The translations under genes and the position numbers were made by a program. A stretch of 64,000 bases of DNA, taken from contig JBNZDD010013726.1 of NCBI GenBank assembly GCA_050575255.1, positions 9,001,408-9,065,407 on the forward strand. The letters run 5' to 3'. Shown piece by piece: positions 53,001 to 64,000 of the stretch. The notes under the pieces are model-generated. The model was not told the origin of the DNA. It did no database searches and saw only the letters and a program-made list of their open reading frames with translations. The DNA comes from Harriotta raleighana. Lineage: Eukaryota. How positions within the stretch are numbered: the stretch's first letter is position 1; each line of letters opens with the position of its first letter.

Positions 53001-56000
53001 AACTAAATTACAGTACACTTAGCTAAACAGAAATGGTTTAATGTTTTCCAGAGCTGCCAATGCATGGTAGACTGTGCAGATTGTACTAACATGACACAGA
53101 TTACTGACATATCATAGCCTCAAATTGGAGTACAGGTAAGCATTTGACCAGAAGGTTTAAGAGACTATTCAAAACAAGCCAGTAGCTTTAGGCTTGCGAT
53201 CTGCAAGGGTAGACATATGCAGTGGTTAGGCAGAATACTGCCCAAGTCCAGGGACTTTCCAGGTTAACTTGTACCAGGAACAAGCAGAGCATTTCATTGG
53301 AATTTGCTGTGTGTCCAGAGTTTGATTTAGCCATTTATGCTGTTTACTGAACAGGTATAATAATATGAAATAACATGTTATAAGACGAAATGTTATTATA
53401 CTGTAGTCAAAAAGAAAATGAATGATGATAATATTTTTGTTGTTCTGTTTCATTGACATTCAGGTGGTAAATTGCTATACGTCACAGAAACAGACATTGT
53501 TAGACAACAAAGTAGGTCTAATTATTTACCTGCTGGAGAAGTAAAACCCAATTTATAGGTGTATATTACTAATTTCTCACTTGCCACAAGTGAAATGTTG
53601 TCATAGGAATGGCATTTTCCATCTGCTGGTCACAATTCTGTATGCTCAGTGTGAGTTAATGCTCTGATATCCTAACCAACAAAGAGGGAAAACATCTATT
53701 TGTTTTTAAATGAGGGAAATAATGTGTTCAATATGTAAACTGATCACCATGTTTGAGGACATTCAGGAAACAGATATGAAAAGAATGTTTTTTGCCATTC
53801 AAGAAAGTAAAGATACCATACATTCACGTATAGTTACAGTATATACTATCCATGTATGCGATATAAACTATCGATGTATGCAATTTGTAGTTTTTGTAGA
53901 TTCAAATTTGCAAACCAAATGGATTTTGACAAACAAAAAATACATACAAAGAGAAAAATGACAAAGGAGCAAGAAGGCTTATGATTCTTTGTTGATAAAT
54001 CAGTTCCTCAGCGATCAAGCAGACACAAACCATTAGTAACCAACATTTTCGTTAAATTGTGAAAATGGATGCAATTTGCTATCAATCTACATAGGTTTAT
54101 ATATTTCTGAATAAATGTCTCAATTTTATTCGGAAAACTGTGTCATTGTAAGCAAATATCAGTTTGGTAAAATCCACTTTCTCAAAACATCCAGGTCTTG
54201 TAATTATTGTAGTACTAAAGCATCTCCAAAGAAAATCTGTTTAAGCTATGGAAAATCCTTTACAGCTTTAGATAATATTGATCAGTCAGTCACCCAATGG
54301 CATACTTTGTTGTTATCTTCCATCTTATCTGATGCTTAAAAATCAAAATTCATGAATAATAACAGAATAACCATTCCAGTCAATCTTAGCAAGGATTGGC
54401 ATATTGCAGGTATAAATGTACACTCTTACCCTGAAGTGGATTGAAGTGGAACCTGGAGGAAGTAGCTGAATAACATAGACAGTACCTCAACCATGTTAAA
54501 AATTATGTGCATATAGATTAGGCTAGAGTCAATTTTCGAGGCATCAGATTTGTATACATATCGCATGCTCTACACAATAAAGGTGTCTATCTGCCAAGTC
54601 GAATGCAATGACATATTGTGTTGTCGTGTCTGTGTTTGATAGCGTGTAGAATTTTATTCGATTCCACATATCAAGTTCGCGAAAGGTGCTTGTATTTGGT
54701 GGAGTTTGAGGAAAAAAAACAATTCACCCCAGGCTGTTGATCAGCTACATAAAGAGCAGCACTGACTTTTCTACTGAGGCTTGGGGTCTGGTTGTGCCCC
54801 AATCCCCCACCTGAGCAAACCTTTGCTTGTGTGAACAAGTTTATTTGATTCACAACTCAATAGTTGTGAACATATTATTTATTTATTCACCACGAAGCGC
54901 ACGTGCAATTTGTTGACCTTTAAAGCAACTATAACATTTAATTGCTTTAATTGTAAAACAAAATCTAATTTCATCACAGTTTGAATTGGAGATATACAAT
55001 TAATTTATCAATAGCATTTAGCTTTCAACTCCTGATCCATTATTAATGTACATAAAATGCTGAACCGGAAATCCCTGGAAATAAACTGTACATTATTTCT
55101 TTGTAGAGCTGCAGTAGTGATAATCTAAAACCTTAATCCGCTTTTGTGACTGTTATCCTGCATTAAGTGATGAAATGAATTACCAGCTGCAGGCTGCACA
55201 AAACCAATGAAAACGCAGACGTAAATATTAGAAATTATAACCAATAGCAAATTCCAATTGATGACATTCTTTGAACTGAACAATTAGATTACAGTTTTAT
55301 AATCATTGCTACATATCCATTATGCTAAATGTTATATGCTGGCAAATAAAAATGGATCATGCAGAAGGATTGAATTCAGATTCACTGTGCTTATTAGTGT
55401 TGCATTTAAATAAACAAAATTTGTTTATTCCTGAATATTTCCTTTAAGGTAATAGCAATTAATTGAAACAAAGATGAGCATTAAATTTTGGTCAGATTGG
55501 ATCTCTAAAAACAGAGTCAGTTATTTAAACAAGCAAAAGGGTAGAGAATATTTATGGCCATTGAAATTTATTTGTGCACATCATAAAGAATGAAATGGCT
55601 GTGTTATATCATACAGAAAATGTTGTTTATAAGGATAACTAGGAAGCACTCTGAGATGCTACCCTGTGTGGCGAATGCTATATAAGTGTGAGTTGTTATT
55701 GTAGGAAAATATGTTTAGCAAAGCAAAATGTTCAGGCAAATTTCTTCCACAGGTCTGCATTGTCTGGTCCAGGGAAAGTGCTGAACGTAGTTCTTTACCA
55801 CTTATCTGTTAACAAAAATAGGGCTGATGACAAACAGTACAAATATAACATTTAAATTGAGTTGACTAGATTCATTATGTCTTGATAATTCGCTAATAAG
55901 ACTATAGAAATATCAATACTATCTCTGCGATTGGATATTTCACAATGGGAGTTTACCTCAATAGAGCTTGAATTGATTTACTTGTAAATTGTTGTGACTG

Positions 56001-59000
56001 TATTATGTAGGCAAACACAAGAATCATCTTTTTTAAAAAGTACGATAACAGTGTAATTTTATATCCCTTCACAACTTAAGAAACTCAAATATTCTTTAAA
56101 GTCAATTGTGAATTATGAAACGTTAAAATAAATTTTAAATATTTTCCAAAATTTGGCACAATGCAAACATTTAAAAGATTGATCTTATTGGCAAGATGCA
56201 GAAACATCTAGATCTCTGAAGAGGCCAAAATAAGGTATAACATTGAAAACAAAACCTCAACATTTCCTGAAATCCTGTTCTGTCTGAACGGATAAAAGCA
56301 TTAAACCTGGCTTTTTATTTCCTCTGCTTCATTTAAGATCATTCAAGCACACAAGCTCAATTTCAGGAACTTTATTATCTTGGCATATGACAAGGTCTTA
56401 TTATTTGACTTCCTCTGTCAAACACAGTGGCTAAAAAAATAAAGCAATAATTGTATGCCAAATAAAATTGTTTTCTCACGTTCTGAGTCTCATTACATTA
56501 AAACATATTGATCTCCGAACACCTAACTGTAATGAAAGGTTTTAGAAAGTAGTTCAGTAACTCCACCACTAAATCAAGGGAAGACAGGCCTGCCTTTATT
56601 TTACATATAGGTTGTATGATCATATTCATTCTTTGCAAATGTTATTGTGACCTCCCAAAGCAATTTACACACAAAAATTCCCCCCTTCTCTGGAATGGAG
56701 TTTACTTTCAAAATCCCATTATGGGATTATCCGTACACTTCACCTGGACAGTAAAACATGTCACAAAACTGCCAGTAAATTGAGATTTCCAGTTTATGGT
56801 ACAAGCACAGAGAAAAGCACATCCTACCTGGTATTTACACGGAATACTAGCAAAATGTCAAATAACTCCTACACAAAATGTTTGAAACGAGAGCTCATGT
56901 AACACAATGACATGGTATCAGCTAACATGGTTGTGGCAAAATATACATATAAGGTAATCAATGTCCCACAACAGTCATGGAAGTGGGGCCTAGGGGAGAA
57001 AGGGGGGAAAGATGGCAACGGGATGGGGGGGTCGGGGTAGGGGGAAGGAGAGCAGGAAAAAACGACTGTATATTTGTGGGCGAAAACGCGGCGGCCAAAT
57101 TGCGCACAGAAGTGTCCGAAAAACAGTGGCGGAAGTGGGGCCGCGGGGAGAAAGGGGGAAAATCCATGATTTTCACTGGCATCAGGACTGATGTTTGAAT
57201 CTAGTAGCCACTCTTGCATCCAAGTCATAACGTCACACCAAACAAAACTAGGAGCTGACTCCCGTAATGGGATATTGAAAATAAGCCCAGAAAAATACGT
57301 GAGTATTTGATGGAACAAAGAAACCAGAAGTGAGGGCACAGGTACAGAGTTGTAAAAAGCAATTCAGACTTTTTTTGCACAAATACTCCTCNCCGAGGAA
57401 GTCCTTTTTTTGCACAAACACTCCCGAAGAATCAGAATGGGTTACAAGGCAGGGTAACAGACAACAGGACATTTGAACACATTTAAGAAACAGTTTGATG
57501 CCGCGATGGAGGCATGGCAATATTGGATGGATGAGAACAAATGAGCCAAGTCTTTGCTAGGTTAGACGGAAGGAAAAGAGAGGTGATGAAAGATCGACAG
57601 AGCATCCCTGGCTTCAGCAAATCACTCAGGCAACTTGGGAGCCTTCAAATCAATCTGACGCAGAGTCAGTAAATAAAATGAAAGAGTCACGGGTAGCTCC
57701 AGGATACACATATTTCATATTGTCACGAAACACTGAGGGAACAGGAGCTCTGGCGGCAGATGTTAGCGAGAGAGTTGAACCTGTAGTGACCACACACTCA
57801 CAGTATATCACCTCCTACAGGTTTTAGGATCTGTCTCTCTTGAAAATACAATGCCGTCTTTCCAACTACAGTGTTTCTGTAAAGACGTATGAATCTTGTA
57901 CGTGTTGCTCTGCAATCTGCTCATTATTGAAGCGCGTAGACGCTTGGCTGGTGCTCGCTCTCTTCAGGCCATTTGCGAGGTCCAAGCATCAGTGACTCGC
58001 ATATGTGGAACTGGCTTGGACACTCTTTTCCACACATGTCAGGCAGCCGGCTGACCCCATGGAAAGCTTATAATGACTTCAACAGGTGCCTGAGATCAAC
58101 CTGCAACGTTGATGTTCAAAGCAGTGATGATCTGCATAGCCAGTGGCTGTGTTGCTCACAGGAGATTCACTGTGCGTTTCTTCAGTACTGAGGCAACTAT
58201 TATTTGTGACAGCTTCTTATGTAAGCTGCACCCCCCAGATGTACTGTTCCTCTGACATATCAAGGTATGTTACCTCACCCTATACGTTTGCTGTCTATAC
58301 ATTTGAGTGCTACCAACTGAGTCTGACTGTCACCTAAGATACATGTCACTCAAAACAAGCTCATCATTAGTTCCTCTCCATGTAAAATATGGCATTTCAT
58401 GCAAACCCAAATGCATTGTAAAAATCAAGGAAACTCACAATACTGTATTATCAGCTGCGAATGCTAAAGTGATAATAATTGGATTTAAGATTGTTTGCTT
58501 GCTTGGTTTGCCTGTGTCAACAGTGAAACAACTTTTAATTTGAAAGGGGCACTCTTGAAAAAGTGTTTGGAATATCTATTTTCATGAAGGAAGTATTCAT
58601 TTAAATGTTTGTCAGAACCTCAGGAAACTGCTCTGAAAGTCTGTTTTCTTGTGACAGATTGAAAACCTAACTGTACCTAGTACTGTCTGAATAAGAGTGG
58701 CATTATAGTGAAAGACAAAGTGGCAGTATCTAGCTGTTTATGACGCACAAAGTCAATGAATGTACTTTTTACATTTCAAATGATTTATGAGTACTCTATC
58801 ATAATCAAGTGTTTAACAAGCCTAAGTGTAATTCCACCATCATGCTAGTGCTGTAACTGCTACTGGAGAAACAATTTCACAGCCCTAAATTCCTCTGAAT
58901 TAATGAGACTTCAGAGGAATTGGTCTGAGACAATAAATTTATGTGAACTACCTGTTTGAATATTGTGCATAAATCTGCTGGAATGATTTGTGAATATAGA

Positions 59001-59065
59001 AAAGTGCACTGAATTATATTGTCCATTCCGACAGCAACTGTCAGCAAAAAAACCGACCAAAAATA

Positions 59066-59219
59066 CAATAATAATCCTTGCATTTGATATGCAAGGATTT
59101 TATGCAAGGATTTGCATATCCTTGTGATATGCTTTTCACATCTTATCGACACCTCAAAGCACTTCACAGAATATACTGCAAAGTGAATTGACAGTATATT
59201 CGTGGGCGAAACGCCCACA
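59066..59219 (-). mobile_element. SINE 3' fragment, same family
   Basis: aataataatccttgcattt...ctcaaagcacttcacagaata...gtgggcgaaacgc. Confidence 0.8.
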
Positions 59220-59581
59220 ATAACCCTAAAACTACATAAAACATGCCATGGGATGATGGCAACACTACAGTCTAACCATATGATTCAAATGTCAGATTAT
59301 AAAATGGCTGAGTTTCACTCGTGCAATTTAGGATATCACTTGAACTCCTCAATTAAGTTATAGTCTTGTAGCCATTCCCAGAAATCCATCTTAAAGAAGC
59401 TGTACAACTGTACTTCCTGGTTCAGCCACTGAAATACATTTTAAAAATAGCTCTTGGTTTAGTTACATGTGCTGAAACAGACTGCTGTTTGCTATAAGAC
59501 TCGCAATGCAAAAAGAAAGCAAATAGTGAACTGAAAATGGTGAGGAATTCCTATACTCACTGTATATATAGTGATGAACGT

Positions 59582-59917
59582 GGAGCTCCTGTAGCTCAGT
59601 GGTTAGCGCACTCGCCTTATAAGGGAGAGACCTGTGTTTGAATCCAGACAGATCAGGGATGAAACCTTGGGCAAGTTTCCTTACTCCACACGCCTAATAA
59701 TAATCCCTCTTAAAAAAAAACAATAGGAAATTGGTCATTTCAATCCACGACTGCTCGTGGGACGCTGCTGTGTGCAATTGGCTGCCGCGTTTCGCCCACA
59801 TATAAACAGTCAATTCACTTTACAGTATACAGTATTCTGTGAAACGCTTTGAGAACATCTCAAAGATTTGAAAAGCTCTACAGTATATCGAATTCAAGGA
59901 TTATTCTTTTTATTATT
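59582..59917 (+). mobile_element. Full-length tRNA-derived SINE (Deu-type core, L2-like tail)
   Basis: A box TAGCTCAGTGG, B-box-like GTTTGAATCC, core gggacgctgctgtgtgcaattggctgccgcgtttc, tail tgtgaaacgctttgag...aaggattatt. Confidence 0.9.
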
Positions 59918-62720
59918 TTCACATGGTGCCCTCATTTAAACTATACATTTCTACCGTAACAATTTTGTTGCACTGATTTTGTTTTACAACAACAACAACT
60001 TGCATTTATATAGCGGGCCTCGAGCAGGAGAGTGTCCCAGAACGCCAATGATTTTATCCTTTCATAGATGTGCAATTCTTTTGTGTGCCTGGCAGCATTA
60101 TTTTAACAACTAAAACACTTCAGCTTCCCAAGGTGCTCCCTGTAGGAGCACAGCGTATACCACTTGTTAAAATAGCACAATTTGAACACTACATGCAATA
60201 CAATAAAACTATAGTTTGTAATATATGTGCACTGCAAATAAGTTTCTATTCAGAAGATATTTATACCGCATTAGATATTACGGGCTTTAATTCAACTATT
60301 GGTTTGTTTTCTGTGAAGCGCTTTGAGACATCGATAAGATGTGAAAAGCGCTATATCAAATGCTAGAATATTATTATTATTACCACTGTACTATTCACTG
60401 TAAATCAGTTTTACATTTTACAGTTTTACATTTTATGGATGTAATGCTGTAGTTTGGCATTTATCTTTACCAAATATTCTTTGGGAAGGCCATAAACTCC
60501 CCCAAATGGATTCCCAATCTCTAACTGTCTATTTATTCACGATTAATTGTTCAAACCCTATCAAACGTCACAGCTTAGAGACTCCCAACAGATCAGACCA
60601 GCCGTAAATAAACGCTCAGAAACGCACTTTTTGCAGAAGCTTGAAAGAGGCGAAAAGGAAGGAATATTTCAATGTCATCTCGTTCTGTTCTTGCATTTAC
60701 GCAGCCCAGCAACAAGGAATCCCACGGATGTCACACTGCAATTCACAGCAGCTACCAGCATTGTGAAGAGGCCCAGTATGTTATCTGAAGGGTCACTTGT
60801 GCAGCATACTGATATCCACCATGACTTGGCTGAAGTTAAGCAAGGCAGACGAGAAAAAAATCTTTAGCTGCATTACCATCTAAAAGCCCACAGATTTCAC
60901 TTGGAGCATTGGTTCTCGTGTCGTTTGTTCTCATTGAACTGAATTGTGGAAATTCCAATATTCTTACCCTGGCCAGCAAAAACATCTGGAAAGATTAAGG
61001 CATCTTCTGAGAAAGCAACACAGAGAGAAACCCCGAAGGAGTGCATGGAGTTTAAGAATATCACCTGTAAATGTCACCATAAATCTTTGCTTATTCTTGT
61101 TTAGGTCTCAAAATACAGAAGCCATACCATATTTTGCTGATAATCCAGACACTCGTCGTATTGAGCACTCTCCTAGACACGGTATAAATGCAAGTTGTTG
61201 TCTGTTATCCACAATCTAGCTTTCCTGAAATTCAGCATTTTTTGTAACACAAGAGTCTATGGAGGTATTTTACTTGGTATTTGTGCAGTCATGTGTCCAG
61301 CCTACGTGAGTGTTTGCCCGTCAAACACAAGTTTTGATTTACTTTGCTTGCAATCCTTCAGTAAACATTAATAACAATTTCAAGGCCCCTTAATTACATC
61401 CCTTGAAAAGGCATCATTGCAAAAGTGCATTGTGCTGGCAGTTCAGTCATTCTATTCAGCATCACTCGACTCTCTGCTAATGTGGACGGAACAGATGCTT
61501 GCTAACTCCTGAAGATCTCCCCGATACCTCCCTCCCTCTTCCCAATTCAAGTCTCTGAAGGTAGTTAAAATCCGGCTGGATTTCATAACGCATTCAGAGC
61601 ACTGCCACAGTAAATACCATTACAGCTTTTATGTGCTGCTGGGTATGCACCACATACATGGTCATCAAATCAAATCCCTTTCTGTTTGTGCTGATAAATA
61701 CCTAAAACTACCACAGAACAAAATCCACAAGCAGCAGAATGAGATGCCCAGCAAATATTCACGTGTGCAGCATGTTTCAGGACCCTCTGAAATCCATAAG
61801 CCAAACAGTTACCAGTTCTTAAACATCTCATCAGATTGCAATTATTGGATATGACACAACAAAGTCCCCATTGAAGCTAGATATACGATTATGTTCTGAT
61901 GAACTCTGACATGTTTTAATGATCCATCAAAGTCTTAGTGTCCCACCTTTCCAGGCTGCTGTCTGCATGTTAAATAGGTTCTGCACATAGACGCCACTCA
62001 CATCAATTAATAATACCATGATCTTAGTGCGATTAAATGACATTTACAACCCACAAGAGAGTGCTTCGTGGAAAAAGAAACTTCTATTTCAATGAAACAG
62101 ATGTAAATTTTCACCAAGCGGGAGCAGCTTACATACAGCTGTTCATCCTGCAGATATGTAGATTTAACAGGATGCTAACGCACCTTGTAAAATTAAGCAC
62201 ATCAGTCGAAACTAATGTCTGGTAAGAAACCAAAGCAGAATGTATAAAACAATAAATTGTAGAGGAACGTGATACATTCCTGTTACCTTACTACTGTTTT
62301 TTTCATATAGAAAAAAAAAAGGCCTACAGTAGTTCAGCTGTTTTTTTTTTTCCCCTTCGAGACGCGGCAGGTAATTCTGCATCGAAGCCACAAAGCAGCT
62401 TTTTTTTTTTTCACATCGGACAAACAGGAGAGCTAGTGGGCACATCTTTAGTTCCGAGTAAAATCACTAACCTCAAATGTACCATCCAAAGTGCAGTGTA
62501 CAGTCGGTCAGCGTGCTGTACATGGTAGTGCTCTAACATTTGAGGAGGTGCCATTTGCTAATACTCACTGCTGCTGTTCATCCCTCCAAACTGTAGATGA
62601 TTCCTTGCAAACACATTTAAAGACATTCTGCCTTAACATCGGACAGCATCATTCCAAACAGATCGATTTATCCCTGACGCTGCACAAATCAAATCCAGGC
62701 CCTCAGCCTCTTCAGTAAGG

Positions 62721-63311
62721 AAAAATGCTAGAGAATATTAATGATTCATCAATCTCCCTCCCTCCCTCCCCCCAACCCCACCACAGCCCCTCTCTGCATA
62801 ATTTTAAATGAATCAAACAATATATATCTGCTTACCATGTGCACACACCACCCCCTAAGTGAAGAACTAGACTATACCAGCAGCGAGAGAATGAGGATGT
62901 GTTTCACACAGAAGCTGCAGCTTCTCAGTGATTCACTTTGAGCTCTGCTCCCTCCTGGGAGAATGAGCTCATTCGTGGCCGCCAACAGCCGCCTCTCAGC
63001 CATTGCNAAAAATGCTAGAGAATATTAATGATTCATCAATCTCCCTCCCTCCCTCCCTCCCTCCCTCACCCACCCCCCAACCCCACCACAGCCCCTCTCT
63101 GCATAATTTTAAATGAATCAAACAATATATATCTGCTTACCATGTGCACACACCACCCCCTAAGTGAAGAACTAGACTATACCAGCAGCGAGAGAATGAG
63201 GATGTGTTTCACACAGAAGCTGCAGCTTCTCAGTGATTCACTTTGAGCTCTGCTCCCTCCTGGGAGAATGAGCTCATTCGTGGCCGCCAACAGCCGCCTC
63301 TCAGCCATTGC
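62721..63311. repeat. Apparent tandem duplication of about 290 bp around single N at 63007 (likely assembly overlap)
   Basis: 62721-63006 equals 63008-63311 except for the length of a CCCT/CCA tract. Confidence 0.9.
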
Positions 63312-63350
63312 AGTGTCACTGCAGATCGTAGCCAACTCGGTAGCCACGTC
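63141..63350 (-). other. JAKMIP3: Candidate non-coding first exon of JAKMIP3 (duplicated at 62836-63006 across an N join)
   Basis: GC/CpG-enriched unique sequence ending in donor ATG|gtaagc; coding exon 1 has a splice acceptor so an upstream exon must exist; 5' boundary uncertain. Confidence 0.5.
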
Positions 63351-63375
63351 ATTCATAGGGGGGGGGCGCTCAGTT

Positions 63376-63702
63376 ATAATAATAATATTAATAACAATCC
63401 CTGCATTTGATATAGCACTTATCACTTCTTCCAGACGTGTCAAAGTGCTTCACAGAATGCACTGCAAAGTGATTTGACTGTATATTTGCGGGAGAGACGC
63501 GGCAGCCAATTGAGCACAGCAGCGTCCCACAAACAGTCGAGGATTCAAATGAATAATTATGTTAAAATGGTTTTTTTTTTCTGGAGGGATTATTATTAGG
63601 ATTGTGGAGTAAAGTAACTTGCCAAAGGTTTCGCCCCGACCTGCCTGGATTCGAAGGCGAGTGGTGAGTGTAAGGTGGGTGCTCTAACCACTGAGCTACA
63701 GG
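63376..63702 (-). mobile_element. Near full-length SINE, same family
   Basis: Reverse complement of the 59582-59917 family: accactgagctacagg head, gcggcagccaattg core, (ATA)n tail. Confidence 0.9.
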
Positions 63703-63955
63703 TCAGTAGGCCACAGTACGCCATCCCACAGTACCCAAGCCTAATTGATCACCAGAGTGGTGGGATGCCTCGTATGCGTCAATACGGCTCAAAAGTAAAG
63801 CCATGAAATGACGGGTAGTCAGAATAGATCAAAGGCAGAGACTTTCGAGGAACAATGAATTTACAGGCAGAATCAGTGCACACTGTTTCCTCCCTTCAGA
63901 GACATTTTAATCTGTTGGAGAAACCCACAGTGAAGCAGATGGGGAGCAGATAGCT

Positions 63956-63969
63956 GTTGCCATGGTTAC
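63956..63969. promoter_or_regulatory. RFX X-box motif
   Basis: GTTGCCATGGTTAC; reverse complement GTAACCATGGCAAC fits GTNRCC-N2-RGYAAC exactly; about 600 bp upstream of the candidate first exon. Confidence 0.55.
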
Positions 63970-64000
63970 CGGGGGTGGGTGGTGGGGGGGGATGTTAGCT

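Noticed and set aside
56869-57339. 156-aa proline-rich minus-strand ORF
   Set aside because: Arises from low-complexity G-rich and SINE-derived sequence in a probably low-quality contig end.
59582-59650. tRNA-like sequence with A and B boxes (also at the heads of the other SINE copies)
   Set aside because: No complete cloverleaf; continues directly into a SINE body repeated many times in the window.

Overview
AT-rich vertebrate genomic DNA. The repeat content (Deu-type tRNA-derived SINEs, L2 and CR1 LINE fragments, a shark-type Penelope-like terminal repeat) suggests a cartilaginous fish, possibly a chimaera or elephant shark; this is inference. The window is occupied by one minus-strand gene, JAKMIP3 (NECC2). 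I traced 21 coding exons by hand from ATG 44234 to TAA 3808 (845 aa, coiled-coil protein with a C-terminal tail anchor). All 20 coding introns are GT-AG and phase 0. There is a candidate non-coding first exon near 63.1-63.35 kb with a consensus RFX X-box upstream, and a candidate 1.5-kb spliced 3' exon. The most notable non-genic items are a minimal type I hammerhead ribozyme in a Penelope-like repeat (20257-20293), a related fold-back copy (5452-5616), and two pogo/Tigger-like MITEs. Four single-N joins carry duplicated flanks that look like assembly artefacts. No prokaryotic-type system, CRISPR array or true tRNA/rRNA gene is supported. Repeat boundaries are approximate.
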